Made by a program: the position numbers and the translations under genes. The notes below the pieces were generated by a model. That model worked only from the letters and a program-made list of their open reading frames with translations. It was not told the DNA's origin and did not search any database. A stretch of DNA of 64,000 nucleotides from Chitinophagales bacterium (GTDB lineage: Bacteria > Bacteroidota > Bacteroidia > Chitinophagales > LD1): the NCBI GenBank assembly GCA_044228065.1, contig JBGAVP010000006.1, forward strand, positions 24,077 through 88,076, given 5' to 3'. Below are positions 40,371 to 48,601 of the stretch, in pieces. Position 1 is the first letter of the stretch, and each line of letters opens with the position of its first letter.

Positions 40371-41196
40371 GATTTATGAAATGATTTTCTAGATTTAATG
40401 AGATTTGCTTTTGCACCTCGCTCGTTACATTTTTTATACCCTCTTTTAAATAATTAGTTACAAAGGCATCTGCTTTTTCTTGTAATTTAGATTTAAAGTC
40501 TGCTCCAGCTATACCAGAAACTACAAATGCCATTTTAAAAGTGTAGTAATCTAACAATAAAATTTTATTGTTTTCATATTCTATGGTGCTCAATGTCTGG
40601 TTTTGCTTATGAAAAGCATCTTCTACAAACGATTTGATGGCAGTAAGCATTCCCGCTATCATATCTTGATCTGATAAATCATTTTTAGAATAGCTGCCTA
40701 AAAGCAAACCAGAATCGTTTTGGATTACAAAAATTTCTTCGATACTGGCTTTGTTTAACTCGCTTAAAATAATGGAGGAACTATCTGCTCCAGAGAAAAA
40801 GGCTTTTACTCTGTGAATCCAAATATCTAAATCAAAAGTGGTGGAAATTTGATTATCTATAGATTCCGTTAACTTCTCGAGTTCAGCTTGTAGATATTTC
40901 TTGATAAGTTTGCCGATTATAGGATAGAGCGAATTGATAACTTCATCTTGAGAGTCTTTTAACTCGCGTTGAATAGCATCTTTCAGTTCTCCTTTAAACT
41001 CTAAACTAAAATTTTTCTTGAGGTAGTCAATTTTAGCTTGTGCAAAGGGTTCTACTTTGTTTCCGAAATTTTCTGGCACTAATAATTCATCCTTCAATCG
41101 CTCCAATTCCGTTTCGATAGAAAGACTTAATTTACGGTCATCTTCTAGTAAGATAGCTCGTAAAGTTTCTAATGCTTGTTCTTTTTCGGCAAACAT
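40363..41196 (-). CDS. coiled-coil protein with a C-terminal Roadblock/LC7 (MglB-like) domain
   Basis: The C-terminal half (IEEIFVIQNDSGLLLGSYS...MIAGMLTAIKSFVEDAF...ILLLDYYTFKMAFVVSG) follows the Roadblock strand/helix pattern. Its stop overlaps the GTPase start by 8 nt. Confidence 0.5.
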   Translation of the reverse strand: MFAEKEQALETLRAILLEDDRKLSLSIETELERLKDELLVPENFGNKVEPFAQAKIDYLKKNFSLEFKGELKDAIQRELKDSQDEVINSLYPIIGKLIKKYLQAELEKLTESIDNQISTTFDLDIWIHRVKAFFSGADSSSIILSELNKASIEEIFVIQNDSGLLLGSYSKNDLSDQDMIAGMLTAIKSFVEDAFHKQNQTLSTIEYENNKILLLDYYTFKMAFVVSGIAGADFKSKLQEKADAFVTNYLKEGIKNVTSEVQKQISLNLENHFINHD

Positions 41197-41204
41197 GAAA
41201 TTGT

Positions 41205-41537
41205 TTAAGAAGAGATTTTTTCTCCTATGTCCATGAGCATTTTACCCAATTTCTTGCGGTCTAATTTTTTCTCATCAATCTTAGCTAACTCTTCCAAGAG
41301 TTTTTGCTGATTGCTTTCCATTTTAGCATTTAGTTTTTTATCTAAATCATCTATGGCTTTGCGAACTGCCGTAAATTCTTTGTCTATAGCATTTAGATTG
41401 GTGTTTATATAATCGCGTAAATCATTAAATTCTTTATCATACTGGCGCATGTTTTGCCCGAAGATGATTTCTTTGATGGCATCAATTTTTGCAATTTCAT
41501 TTGCTGCAGGATCTGCGGATTTGTTTTCTTTTCCCAT
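41205..41537 (-). CDS. small coiled-coil protein
   Basis: 110-aa charged, heptad-like ORF immediately upstream of the Roadblock-like gene, 8 nt away. Confidence 0.5.
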   Translation of the reverse strand: MGKENKSADPAANEIAKIDAIKEIIFGQNMRQYDKEFNDLRDYINTNLNAIDKEFTAVRKAIDDLDKKLNAKMESNQQKLLEELAKIDEKKLDRKKLGKMLMDIGEKISS

Positions 41538-41610
41538 GTTAAAATTTTAATGCAATAAATCTATGTCATTTTTTAAATTAATTCAACTTTATATTTGTAT
41601 AAAAAAGTAA

Positions 41611-42165
41611 ATGGCATTGACTCCTTCTAATATGATGGCACTGGGAACTTTAGCGCCAGATTTTTTATTACCCGATACCGTGAGTGGAAAATTAATGGGG
41701 TTAAAGGACTCAAAGGCAGAACTAGCAACCGTTTTGTTTTTTATTTGTAATCATTGTCCTTATGTAAAACACATACAAAAAGAGTTGGTAAACTTGGCAA
41801 ATGACTATTCTAGCAAGGGAGTTGGTTTTATAGCTATCAATTCAAACGATGCTGAAAAATATCCCGAGGACAGTCCAGAAAAAATGCAGCAAGTAGCCAA
41901 AGAATTCAGCTATTCTTTTCCGTATTTATTTGACGAAAACCAAGCTGTGGCTAAGTCTTACGAAGCTGCTTGTACTCCCGATTTTTATATTTTTGATAAA
42001 GAATTGAAATTGACATATCGTGGACAACTAGATGATTCGCGTCCAGGAAATACTGTTCCTTTGAGTGGTAAAGATATTCGTGCAGCACTGGATGCTATGC
42101 TAAGAGGAGAGAAGCCATCGCCTTTTCAGCGACCAAGTATTGGGTGTAATATTAAATGGAAATAG
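41611..42165 (+). CDS. thioredoxin-fold thiol-disulfide oxidoreductase (AhpC/TSA-redoxin-like)
   Basis: CNHCPYV CxxC motif in a thioredoxin-like context. 184 aa. Confidence 0.75.
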   Translation: MALTPSNMMALGTLAPDFLLPDTVSGKLMGLKDSKAELATVLFFICNHCPYVKHIQKELVNLANDYSSKGVGFIAINSNDAEKYPEDSPEKMQQVAKEFSYSFPYLFDENQAVAKSYEAACTPDFYIFDKELKLTYRGQLDDSRPGNTVPLSGKDIRAALDAMLRGEKPSPFQRPSIGCNIKWK

Positions 42166-42182
42166 AAAATTAAAATCGCCAA

Positions 42183-42953
42183 ATGTTTAAAGAAAATTTA
42201 TTTAAAGATAAAGTAGCATTGGTTACTGGAGGTGGCAGTGGTATTGGGTTTGCTATTGCTAAGCAATTGTTGGAACTAGGAGCCAAGGTCATAATTTCAT
42301 CTAGAAAAGAAGAGCGTTTAAAAGCGGCTATAGAGAAACTTTCTGAATTTGGAGCAGTACGATATGCTGTTTGTGATATACGAGATGTAGAGCAGGTGGA
42401 AGCCATGGCACAAGGTATTTTAAGAGAAGAGGGTAGGTTAGATATACTGGTAAACAATGCTGGTGGACAGTTTCCGTCACCTGCAGAAGATATTTCTTTT
42501 AAAGGATGGAATGCCGTAATCAACAATAATTTGAATGGTACTTTTTATGTAACACAAACTATGGCAAAGCATTTTTTTATTCCGAACAAGAATGGAAATA
42601 TTGTGAATATTATTGCTAATATTTATAGAGGGTTCCCGGCTATGGCACACACTGGTGCTGCACGTGCTGGAGTAGAAAATTTGACTAAATCGCTCGCAGT
42701 AGAGTGGAGTCGTTTTAATATTCAAGTAAATGCAGTAGCGCCTGGAATTATTAAAAGTACAGGCTTAGATCAATACCCTCCAGAGTTTCTGGGTGGAATA
42801 GAAGAAAGTATTCCCGCCAAGCGATTGGGAACTATTGAGGAAGTAGCTTACCTTACACTTTTTCTTTGTAGTCCTATGGCGAACTATATTACAGGGGAAA
42901 CTGTTTATGTAGATGGAGGGCAAAGATTATGGGGCGACTTATTTAAGATGTGA
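42183..42953 (+). CDS. short-chain dehydrogenase/reductase (enoyl/dienoyl-CoA reductase-like)
   Basis: TGGGSGIG cofactor motif, the NNAG motif and an SDR length of 256 aa. Confidence 0.85.
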   Translation: MFKENLFKDKVALVTGGGSGIGFAIAKQLLELGAKVIISSRKEERLKAAIEKLSEFGAVRYAVCDIRDVEQVEAMAQGILREEGRLDILVNNAGGQFPSPAEDISFKGWNAVINNNLNGTFYVTQTMAKHFFIPNKNGNIVNIIANIYRGFPAMAHTGAARAGVENLTKSLAVEWSRFNIQVNAVAPGIIKSTGLDQYPPEFLGGIEESIPAKRLGTIEEVAYLTLFLCSPMANYITGETVYVDGGQRLWGDLFKM

Positions 42954-43018
42954 TGTCTTGAAAGTAGCAATGAATTTTCTACAGAAATTAAATCTATTAC
43001 TATTAAAAAAATAAAACT

Positions 43019-44191
43019 ATGAATCCATTTACCGAACAACATGATTTATTACGTCAGTCTTTCAGGCAGTTTGTAGAGAAAGAAATCGCTCCTAATGTAG
43101 CTTACTGGGAGGAGAAGAAAATTTGTGAGCGCGAAGTGTTTAATAAAATGGGACAAGAGGGTTTTTTTGGAGTAAGTTTTCCTGAGGCGTATGGTGGCAG
43201 TGGAATGGACATGTGGGCGGCTGTTGCTATTAGTGAAGAGCTTTCAAAAGCAAATATTGGTGGATTGGCTATGAGCTTGTATGCACATACTTACCTTCCA
43301 TTGCCTGTGATTAATGCTATTGGAACAGAAGAGCAAAAACAAAAATATTTAGTACCTGCTTTAAAGGGGGAAAAAGTTGCAGCACTGGGAATTACAGAGC
43401 CAGGAGCAGGTTCCGATGTAGGAGGAATAAAAACTACTGCTGAGGATAAGGGCGACCATTATTTAGTGAATGGATCTAAGATGTTTATTACAAATGGTAC
43501 TATGGCAGATTTTATAGTATTGGCAGTACGTACAGGTGAAGGACATAAACTTTCGCTCTTACTGTTTGATACTAACATAAAAGGATTTAGTGCCAATCCT
43601 ATTCACAATAAATTAGGAATGCATTCTTCTGACACAGGGCAATTATTTTTTGAAAATTGTATTGTACCTAAAAGTGCCTTGTTAGGGGAGAAAGATTTTG
43701 GATTTTACTATATCATGAGTAATTTTCAAGAAGAACGTTTGATAGCGGCTATTACAGGTACCGCATCTGCCCAACATGCGCTTGATAAAGCCAAAAAATA
43801 CATGCATGAGCGGGAAGCTTTTGGACGTACGCTAGGTAAATTTCAAGTATTACGTCACAAGATTGCAAAGATGGCTATCACCACAGAAGCTTGTCATTCG
43901 CTAGCATACAGAGCTGTCGAAGAGTTTATAGAGCATGGTCCTGGGGCATATCGAATTGTATCTATAGCTAAATGCTACGTGTGTGAAGAGTCGTTTAATG
44001 TAATTAATGAAGCACTACAAATTCATGGAGGATGGGGATATATGGAAGATTTTGGTATTGCACGGTCTTTGCGTGATATCCGCTTAATGAGTGTAGGGGC
44101 TGGTACCACTGAGGTAATGCACGAGATTATAAGTAAGATAGAATTAGATGATGTAAAACATGAAAAGCAGTTTGTAAAAGCTAGGGCTTAG
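43019..44191 (+). CDS. acyl-CoA dehydrogenase
   Basis: ACAD signatures (GITEPGAGSDVGG, KMFITNG, QIHGGWGYMEDF). Confidence 0.9.
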   Translation: MNPFTEQHDLLRQSFRQFVEKEIAPNVAYWEEKKICEREVFNKMGQEGFFGVSFPEAYGGSGMDMWAAVAISEELSKANIGGLAMSLYAHTYLPLPVINAIGTEEQKQKYLVPALKGEKVAALGITEPGAGSDVGGIKTTAEDKGDHYLVNGSKMFITNGTMADFIVLAVRTGEGHKLSLLLFDTNIKGFSANPIHNKLGMHSSDTGQLFFENCIVPKSALLGEKDFGFYYIMSNFQEERLIAAITGTASAQHALDKAKKYMHEREAFGRTLGKFQVLRHKIAKMAITTEACHSLAYRAVEEFIEHGPGAYRIVSIAKCYVCEESFNVINEALQIHGGWGYMEDFGIARSLRDIRLMSVGAGTTEVMHEIISKIELDDVKHEKQFVKARA

Positions 44192-44224
44192 GATTTATCT
44201 AAAGGATTTTATCTTTTTTTCAAA

Positions 44225-44232
44225 TACATTTG
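44225..44232 (+). promoter_or_regulatory. Bacteroidota -7 box (TAnnTTTG) upstream of the cold-shock gene
   Basis: TACATTTG is a perfect match, about 58 nt upstream of the ATG. This fits the long 5' UTRs of csp genes. Confidence 0.4.
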
Positions 44233-44289
44233 ATTATTAAATAAATTAATGTTACTATTGCACCAATATTTAATTAAAACAATAAAACA

Positions 44290-44484
44290 ATGTACAAAGG
44301 AAAAGTAAAGTTTTTTAACTCAACAAAAGGGTTTGGATTTATTTGCGACAGCAACACAGGAAAAGACATTTTCGTTCACTCTTCAGGTCTTAGAGAAGAC
44401 ATCCGTGAAGGAGATGAAGTGACTTTCGAAGTAGAAGATGGTAAAAAAGGACCAAACGCTGTAGAAGTTAAAATCGCTAGATAA
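44290..44484 (+). CDS. cold-shock protein (CspA family)
   Basis: GKVKFFNSTKGFGFI (RNP1) and DIFVHSS (RNP2). 64 aa. Confidence 0.9.
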   Translation: MYKGKVKFFNSTKGFGFICDSNTGKDIFVHSSGLREDIREGDEVTFEVEDGKKGPNAVEVKIAR

Positions 44485-44506
44485 TTTATTCATAAATTAT
44501 TTCACT

Positions 44507-44537
44507 AAAATGCCACTCCAAAAGGGTGGCATTTTTA
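44507..44537 (+). terminator. rho-independent terminator after the csp gene
   Basis: AAAATGCCAC-TCCAAAAG-GGTGGCATTTTT. Confidence 0.65.
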
Positions 44538-44673
44538 GTTTTGGGAACTCCACTAACAGTATGTTAGTTGCTTTGTCAGTGAATGCTTATACTCTTTGTA
44601 TGTAAGTTAAAAGTTGCTTAGCTCATTTTAGCAAGTAATAAATATACCAAATCTTGAATAGGAACATTTTTCT

Positions 44674-44691
44674 ATATGGCAATTGCCATAT
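44674..44691. promoter_or_regulatory. perfect 18-bp palindrome (candidate operator) upstream of the four-gene operon
   Basis: ATATGGCAATTGCCATAT equals its own reverse complement. It lies 122 nt upstream of the ATG at 44813. Confidence 0.4.
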
Positions 44692-44812
44692 TTGTTGATT
44701 TTTTACTTTACCACTTACAAGGTTTTTATATTAGAATACTCATAAGTATAAGTATTTTTTTATACTTGTAGCAAAATACATTTTCCATTCAGTTATATAA
44801 CATTTCAATTTT

Positions 44813-47800
44813 ATGGCAACAACAAAAGGACCAGAGACACCTGTAACAAAGACAGAGGATTTAAATTTAATAATGAATCGTTTTTCAGGAAAAGTTGAAG
44901 TGTTGAATCCAAGCGGTTCGGGAGTGATTTCTGCTGCAGGTTATTTTTTAGATGTATATGCCAGCACAATTAGTATCACTTTTGATAAAGCCTATTCTCC
45001 AATAGGTAACAGTATCATGCTTTCAGATGATGGTAGTTTCACATTCGATGCTACAGCTACTAATTTATCATCAGCCTCTGTAACTTTTGTAGTGCGATCA
45101 GCTAATGGTTTACCTGCTACTATTGTCTCTGGCAATGCTACCGTGAATAACATTTTCAAAAAAGGCGGTGCGTTTGTATTGCAAGTAAAGCCATACAGTC
45201 CTATGAATTTGGGTAGTGGAACATCTACACCTTCTAATAAAGTTTTAGTAAAAGGCAAAGCTATATATGATGATGGAGAGGTAGTAAAAGAAAAAAGGAT
45301 TGTTCTTTATGCTAAAAATGGGGATACTACTGATACCACGGTGCTTACACTTGAAACAGTAAAAACTCAACCCAATGGAGAGTTTAAAGTATTGGTAGCA
45401 AACACAAAGTTTAGAGATGCGTTTGCTGTTTTGGGTGATAGAGATAATAGTAATACTTGTGTAATCCCATTGGATAATGCTGGGAAGTTTAACAATAAAT
45501 TGATTTTAGTATTTCAAAATAAAATGGAAAGTGATGAGGATTGCGCTTGTACTGATAAAACGCCTCGACTACCCGATGCAGATGATTTGATAAGTCCTGA
45601 AAATAAGTATTCACAAGATATAGGAGGGAATTGTGTGAATTTTACAACACCTAACAGAAGTCTAGAAGAGTTTACTTTTTCATCTATTGTACGTACTACA
45701 GACCCGCGTGGCGAATACACTGCTATGACCAAAGAAGCCATAGCAGAAGAATGGGATGGAAATACTGCTAATACTGCAAATTTTAAAAAGTATTTAGATA
45801 AAACCTTGCGTCAGTCGCTCACCAAAAAAAATCAGTTAGAGTGGGATCATCCTGACAAAAAATTTTCCATTTATCAAGCACTCACAATTGCACATGGACA
45901 TGTACTCACTTTTAAACAAGTTTTTAAATCTGATGGTTATAGTATGGGCGATTTGGTTTATTCGCTTCCGCTTGCTCCTGGGCAAAAAAAATTGATTGTG
46001 ACCTACGATTGGAATAGAGTAGATGAAGCAACTAAAATAGATGATTTAACAGCTGAAGATAGACTAACTGCGAGCATTAGTCGTGACAGAGATATTGATG
46101 AAATTATTTCTGGTTCACTTAGTGAAGATGTAAAAGGAGGGAGTAAAAGCAAAACAAGTGGATGGAGTGTAGGTGGTGGAGTTTCTGCGCCTGCTGTTGG
46201 GCCTGTTTCGGTTTCGGTGAGTGGCGGGTATAATTCTGGTAAAGCGTCTTCTGAGTCTTGGCAGCAGTCTTCCAAAGACATGACCTCTAGTCTGCATAAT
46301 AAATTGAAAGATTCGACACAGCAAAGTTCTTCGATGTTGCGCAGTCAAAGGAATACGGTAATAGCTACTGCCAAACAAGGTGAGTCATATTCAGTTACCT
46401 CAGAAGTAGTTGCCAATCACAATCATTGCCATGCCGTTACTATGCAATATTTTCAAGTTTTGCGACATATTGTTGTAGAACAAGAATTGAGCGATGTACA
46501 AGAGTGTTTGTTTGTTCCACTAACCATAGCACCTTTTGATGCAAAAAAGGTTTTGCGTTGGAGACAATCACTTCAGAATAATTTGCGGTTAAATCGTTTT
46601 TCAAAACTAGGGAAAGAATTGCAAAAGGGCTTTGATTCCATGGAACGAATAGATAAAAATTACGTAAACTTTGATGTGCCTCCAGTAGTATCAGACAGTA
46701 AGATTCGAGAAGTTTATGGAAGTTTTAAGTTGCGTTTAAATTTAAATCGTCCACAAGATAAATCCATAGCTGATTCTCAGTTTGGGCCAGCATTTCAACA
46801 AGCCCTTCAAAGTGATAATTTCATGTCTGAAATGGTGCAGCGTTCACTGATGAATTACCAAGATGTGAATGAAGCAAATTGGACTAGTTACAGTCGTTAT
46901 TTTTCTTCGTTCAGTGTGGAGTCTATCAAGTCACTTTTTACTGGAAAATCGCAAATAGAGCGCGACACTATTTTTTATGAACAAATAGCACCTGAAATTG
47001 CTGAGAATTATGTCCAAAAATTGATGCTAACAGGTATGGCACAAAACATAAATTTTGTAGGGTTTTCAATAGATGGGAAATGGAAGAAAGGGGAAGATTT
47101 AAACATAAGGATTAATACCATTGTCCCTAAAAATGGAACTTCAATAGTTTTGAAACGTAGTGATATCCCTAATCTTCAGATTATTACTAAACTAAATGAG
47201 CCACATATAGATTCACAAGTTACTTCTGGGTATATCAATTATAGAACATCACATTATAATGGGGTTTTTACTAATTATATTTCAGGAAGTACACGTTCTA
47301 TAGATCCTCAAATAGGAGCTTTTGTTTACACTCCTTTGAAACCTGAAGAATCGTTTGATTTTAAGAAAGAAGATATTAGGCTCTCAACCCAATTGCTAGA
47401 TCACATGAATAATGAGAATTTAGAATATTACCATCATGTGATTTGGTATCATGGGATTACTCCAGATAGGCGCTATATGATGTTAGATAGAATTCAATTA
47501 GATAGCCCCGATTTTACACAAGTATATGCTGAACGCGGGGTATTGGGCAGAAGTGTGGCATCTTTGGTAGAAAATAGAATTATTGCGTTGGTTGGAAACT
47601 GTTTGGTGTTTCCTGTAGCTGCTGGCTATAACCTAGACCCAACTTATAAACTAAAAGATAGTGACACAGCCGATGAAAGTGGCATGTCTTTTAATTCGTT
47701 GTTAGAGCATTACCAACCTATTTCTGAAACTGATGGGAATTACAAACCTAGTTATAGAATTAGTATTCCTACTCCAGGTGTGTTTGCTGAAGCAGTGATG

Positions 47801-48598
47801 GGAGCTTGTAATTCTTGTGAAAAAGTAGATGACAGCCGTTTTTGGCAATGGGAAGACCACCCGATAGATGAGCCAACTGCTATCAATCCAATAGATACTA
47901 GCAGTCGTTATCAAAATCCTTTAAATACTCAAGGAAGAGATTTTTCTACACCTGTTATTAACATTCAAAATTCACCAGCAGCACCTGACCCTACAAATAT
48001 GGCTGGGGTATTTGATTTACTCGGAAAGTCAGGGACATTTAAAGATATTACTGGCACTGATGCTACCAATGCTAATGCCATGGGAGCATTGAATGCTGCA
48101 AATAGTCTTGCTAAAGCTAATGGAGATAATGCTACCAAATTAGCATCGGAAGCATTGAAAGAGGGGCTTTTTAGTCAAAACAAGATGGCTACCATGAAAA
48201 ATGCTACCAAAAATATGGCTAAAGGAGAAGATTATATTGATAGAAATTGGCCAGCAAAAGATTTTCCTGAAAAGAATAAGGAACTAAAAGAAAAATTATT
48301 CAATTCCGTATTAGGCGGAGACCCTCTGGGAGGTAAGAAAGACCCAAGTAAAAACGGTGGTAGCACCGATGACAACAATAGTGGTGGTAGTACTGATGAT
48401 GAGAATGGCGGAAGTAGTGGAGATACTGGTACCAGTAATGCAGCACCAGGGCAAAAATCATTAGCAGAAATTTTATCTGGAATGCAAGGTGAATTGGATG
48501 ATTTCAGAAATCGGTATGTACATGATATGGGAGATTACATTGCAGGTATTGATACTAGTGGTTTTCCAAACGATTCTAATCCCACTAATGTAGTATAA
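44813..48598 (+). CDS. 1261-aa protein of unknown family (no export signal), first gene of the candidate protease operon
   Basis: Long uninterrupted ORF with an N-terminal Ig/CarboxypepD_reg-like beta-sandwich region, a Gly/Ser-rich central segment, a His/Cys cluster (NHNHCH) and an acidic low-complexity C-terminal tail. No signal peptide, TM helix or T9SS CTD. Confidence 0.8.
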   Translation: MATTKGPETPVTKTEDLNLIMNRFSGKVEVLNPSGSGVISAAGYFLDVYASTISITFDKAYSPIGNSIMLSDDGSFTFDATATNLSSASVTFVVRSANGLPATIVSGNATVNNIFKKGGAFVLQVKPYSPMNLGSGTSTPSNKVLVKGKAIYDDGEVVKEKRIVLYAKNGDTTDTTVLTLETVKTQPNGEFKVLVANTKFRDAFAVLGDRDNSNTCVIPLDNAGKFNNKLILVFQNKMESDEDCACTDKTPRLPDADDLISPENKYSQDIGGNCVNFTTPNRSLEEFTFSSIVRTTDPRGEYTAMTKEAIAEEWDGNTANTANFKKYLDKTLRQSLTKKNQLEWDHPDKKFSIYQALTIAHGHVLTFKQVFKSDGYSMGDLVYSLPLAPGQKKLIVTYDWNRVDEATKIDDLTAEDRLTASISRDRDIDEIISGSLSEDVKGGSKSKTSGWSVGGGVSAPAVGPVSVSVSGGYNSGKASSESWQQSSKDMTSSLHNKLKDSTQQSSSMLRSQRNTVIATAKQGESYSVTSEVVANHNHCHAVTMQYFQVLRHIVVEQELSDVQECLFVPLTIAPFDAKKVLRWRQSLQNNLRLNRFSKLGKELQKGFDSMERIDKNYVNFDVPPVVSDSKIREVYGSFKLRLNLNRPQDKSIADSQFGPAFQQALQSDNFMSEMVQRSLMNYQDVNEANWTSYSRYFSSFSVESIKSLFTGKSQIERDTIFYEQIAPEIAENYVQKLMLTGMAQNINFVGFSIDGKWKKGEDLNIRINTIVPKNGTSIVLKRSDIPNLQIITKLNEPHIDSQVTSGYINYRTSHYNGVFTNYISGSTRSIDPQIGAFVYTPLKPEESFDFKKEDIRLSTQLLDHMNNENLEYYHHVIWYHGITPDRRYMMLDRIQLDSPDFTQVYAERGVLGRSVASLVENRIIALVGNCLVFPVAAGYNLDPTYKLKDSDTADESGMSFNSLLEHYQPISETDGNYKPSYRISIPTPGVFAEAVMGACNSCEKVDDSRFWQWEDHPIDEPTAINPIDTSSRYQNPLNTQGRDFSTPVINIQNSPAAPDPTNMAGVFDLLGKSGTFKDITGTDATNANAMGALNAANSLAKANGDNATKLASEALKEGLFSQNKMATMKNATKNMAKGEDYIDRNWPAKDFPEKNKELKEKLFNSVLGGDPLGGKKDPSKNGGSTDDNNSGGSTDDENGGSSGDTGTSNAAPGQKSLAEILSGMQGELDDFRNRYVHDMGDYIAGIDTSGFPNDSNPTNVV

Positions 48599-48601
48599 TC
48601 T

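Noticed and set aside
44992-47914. Minus-strand ORFs within the 1261-aa gene (44992-45258, 45514-45741, 46003-46281, 46115-46378, 47702-47914).
   Set aside because: They are antisense to a 3.8-kb uninterrupted ORF. The 46003-46378 pair simply mirrors the Gly/Ser-rich coding segment, producing Pro/Arg/Thr-rich nonsense. There is no independent support.
44813-48598. The giant protein as a T9SS-secreted adhesin or cell-surface protein, suggested by its Ig-like N-terminal modules.
   Set aside because: It has no N-terminal signal peptide or lipobox and no C-terminal T9SS sorting domain. Genuine T9SS cargo in this same window (1766-3346, 5535-6803, 54957-57014) shows both clearly.
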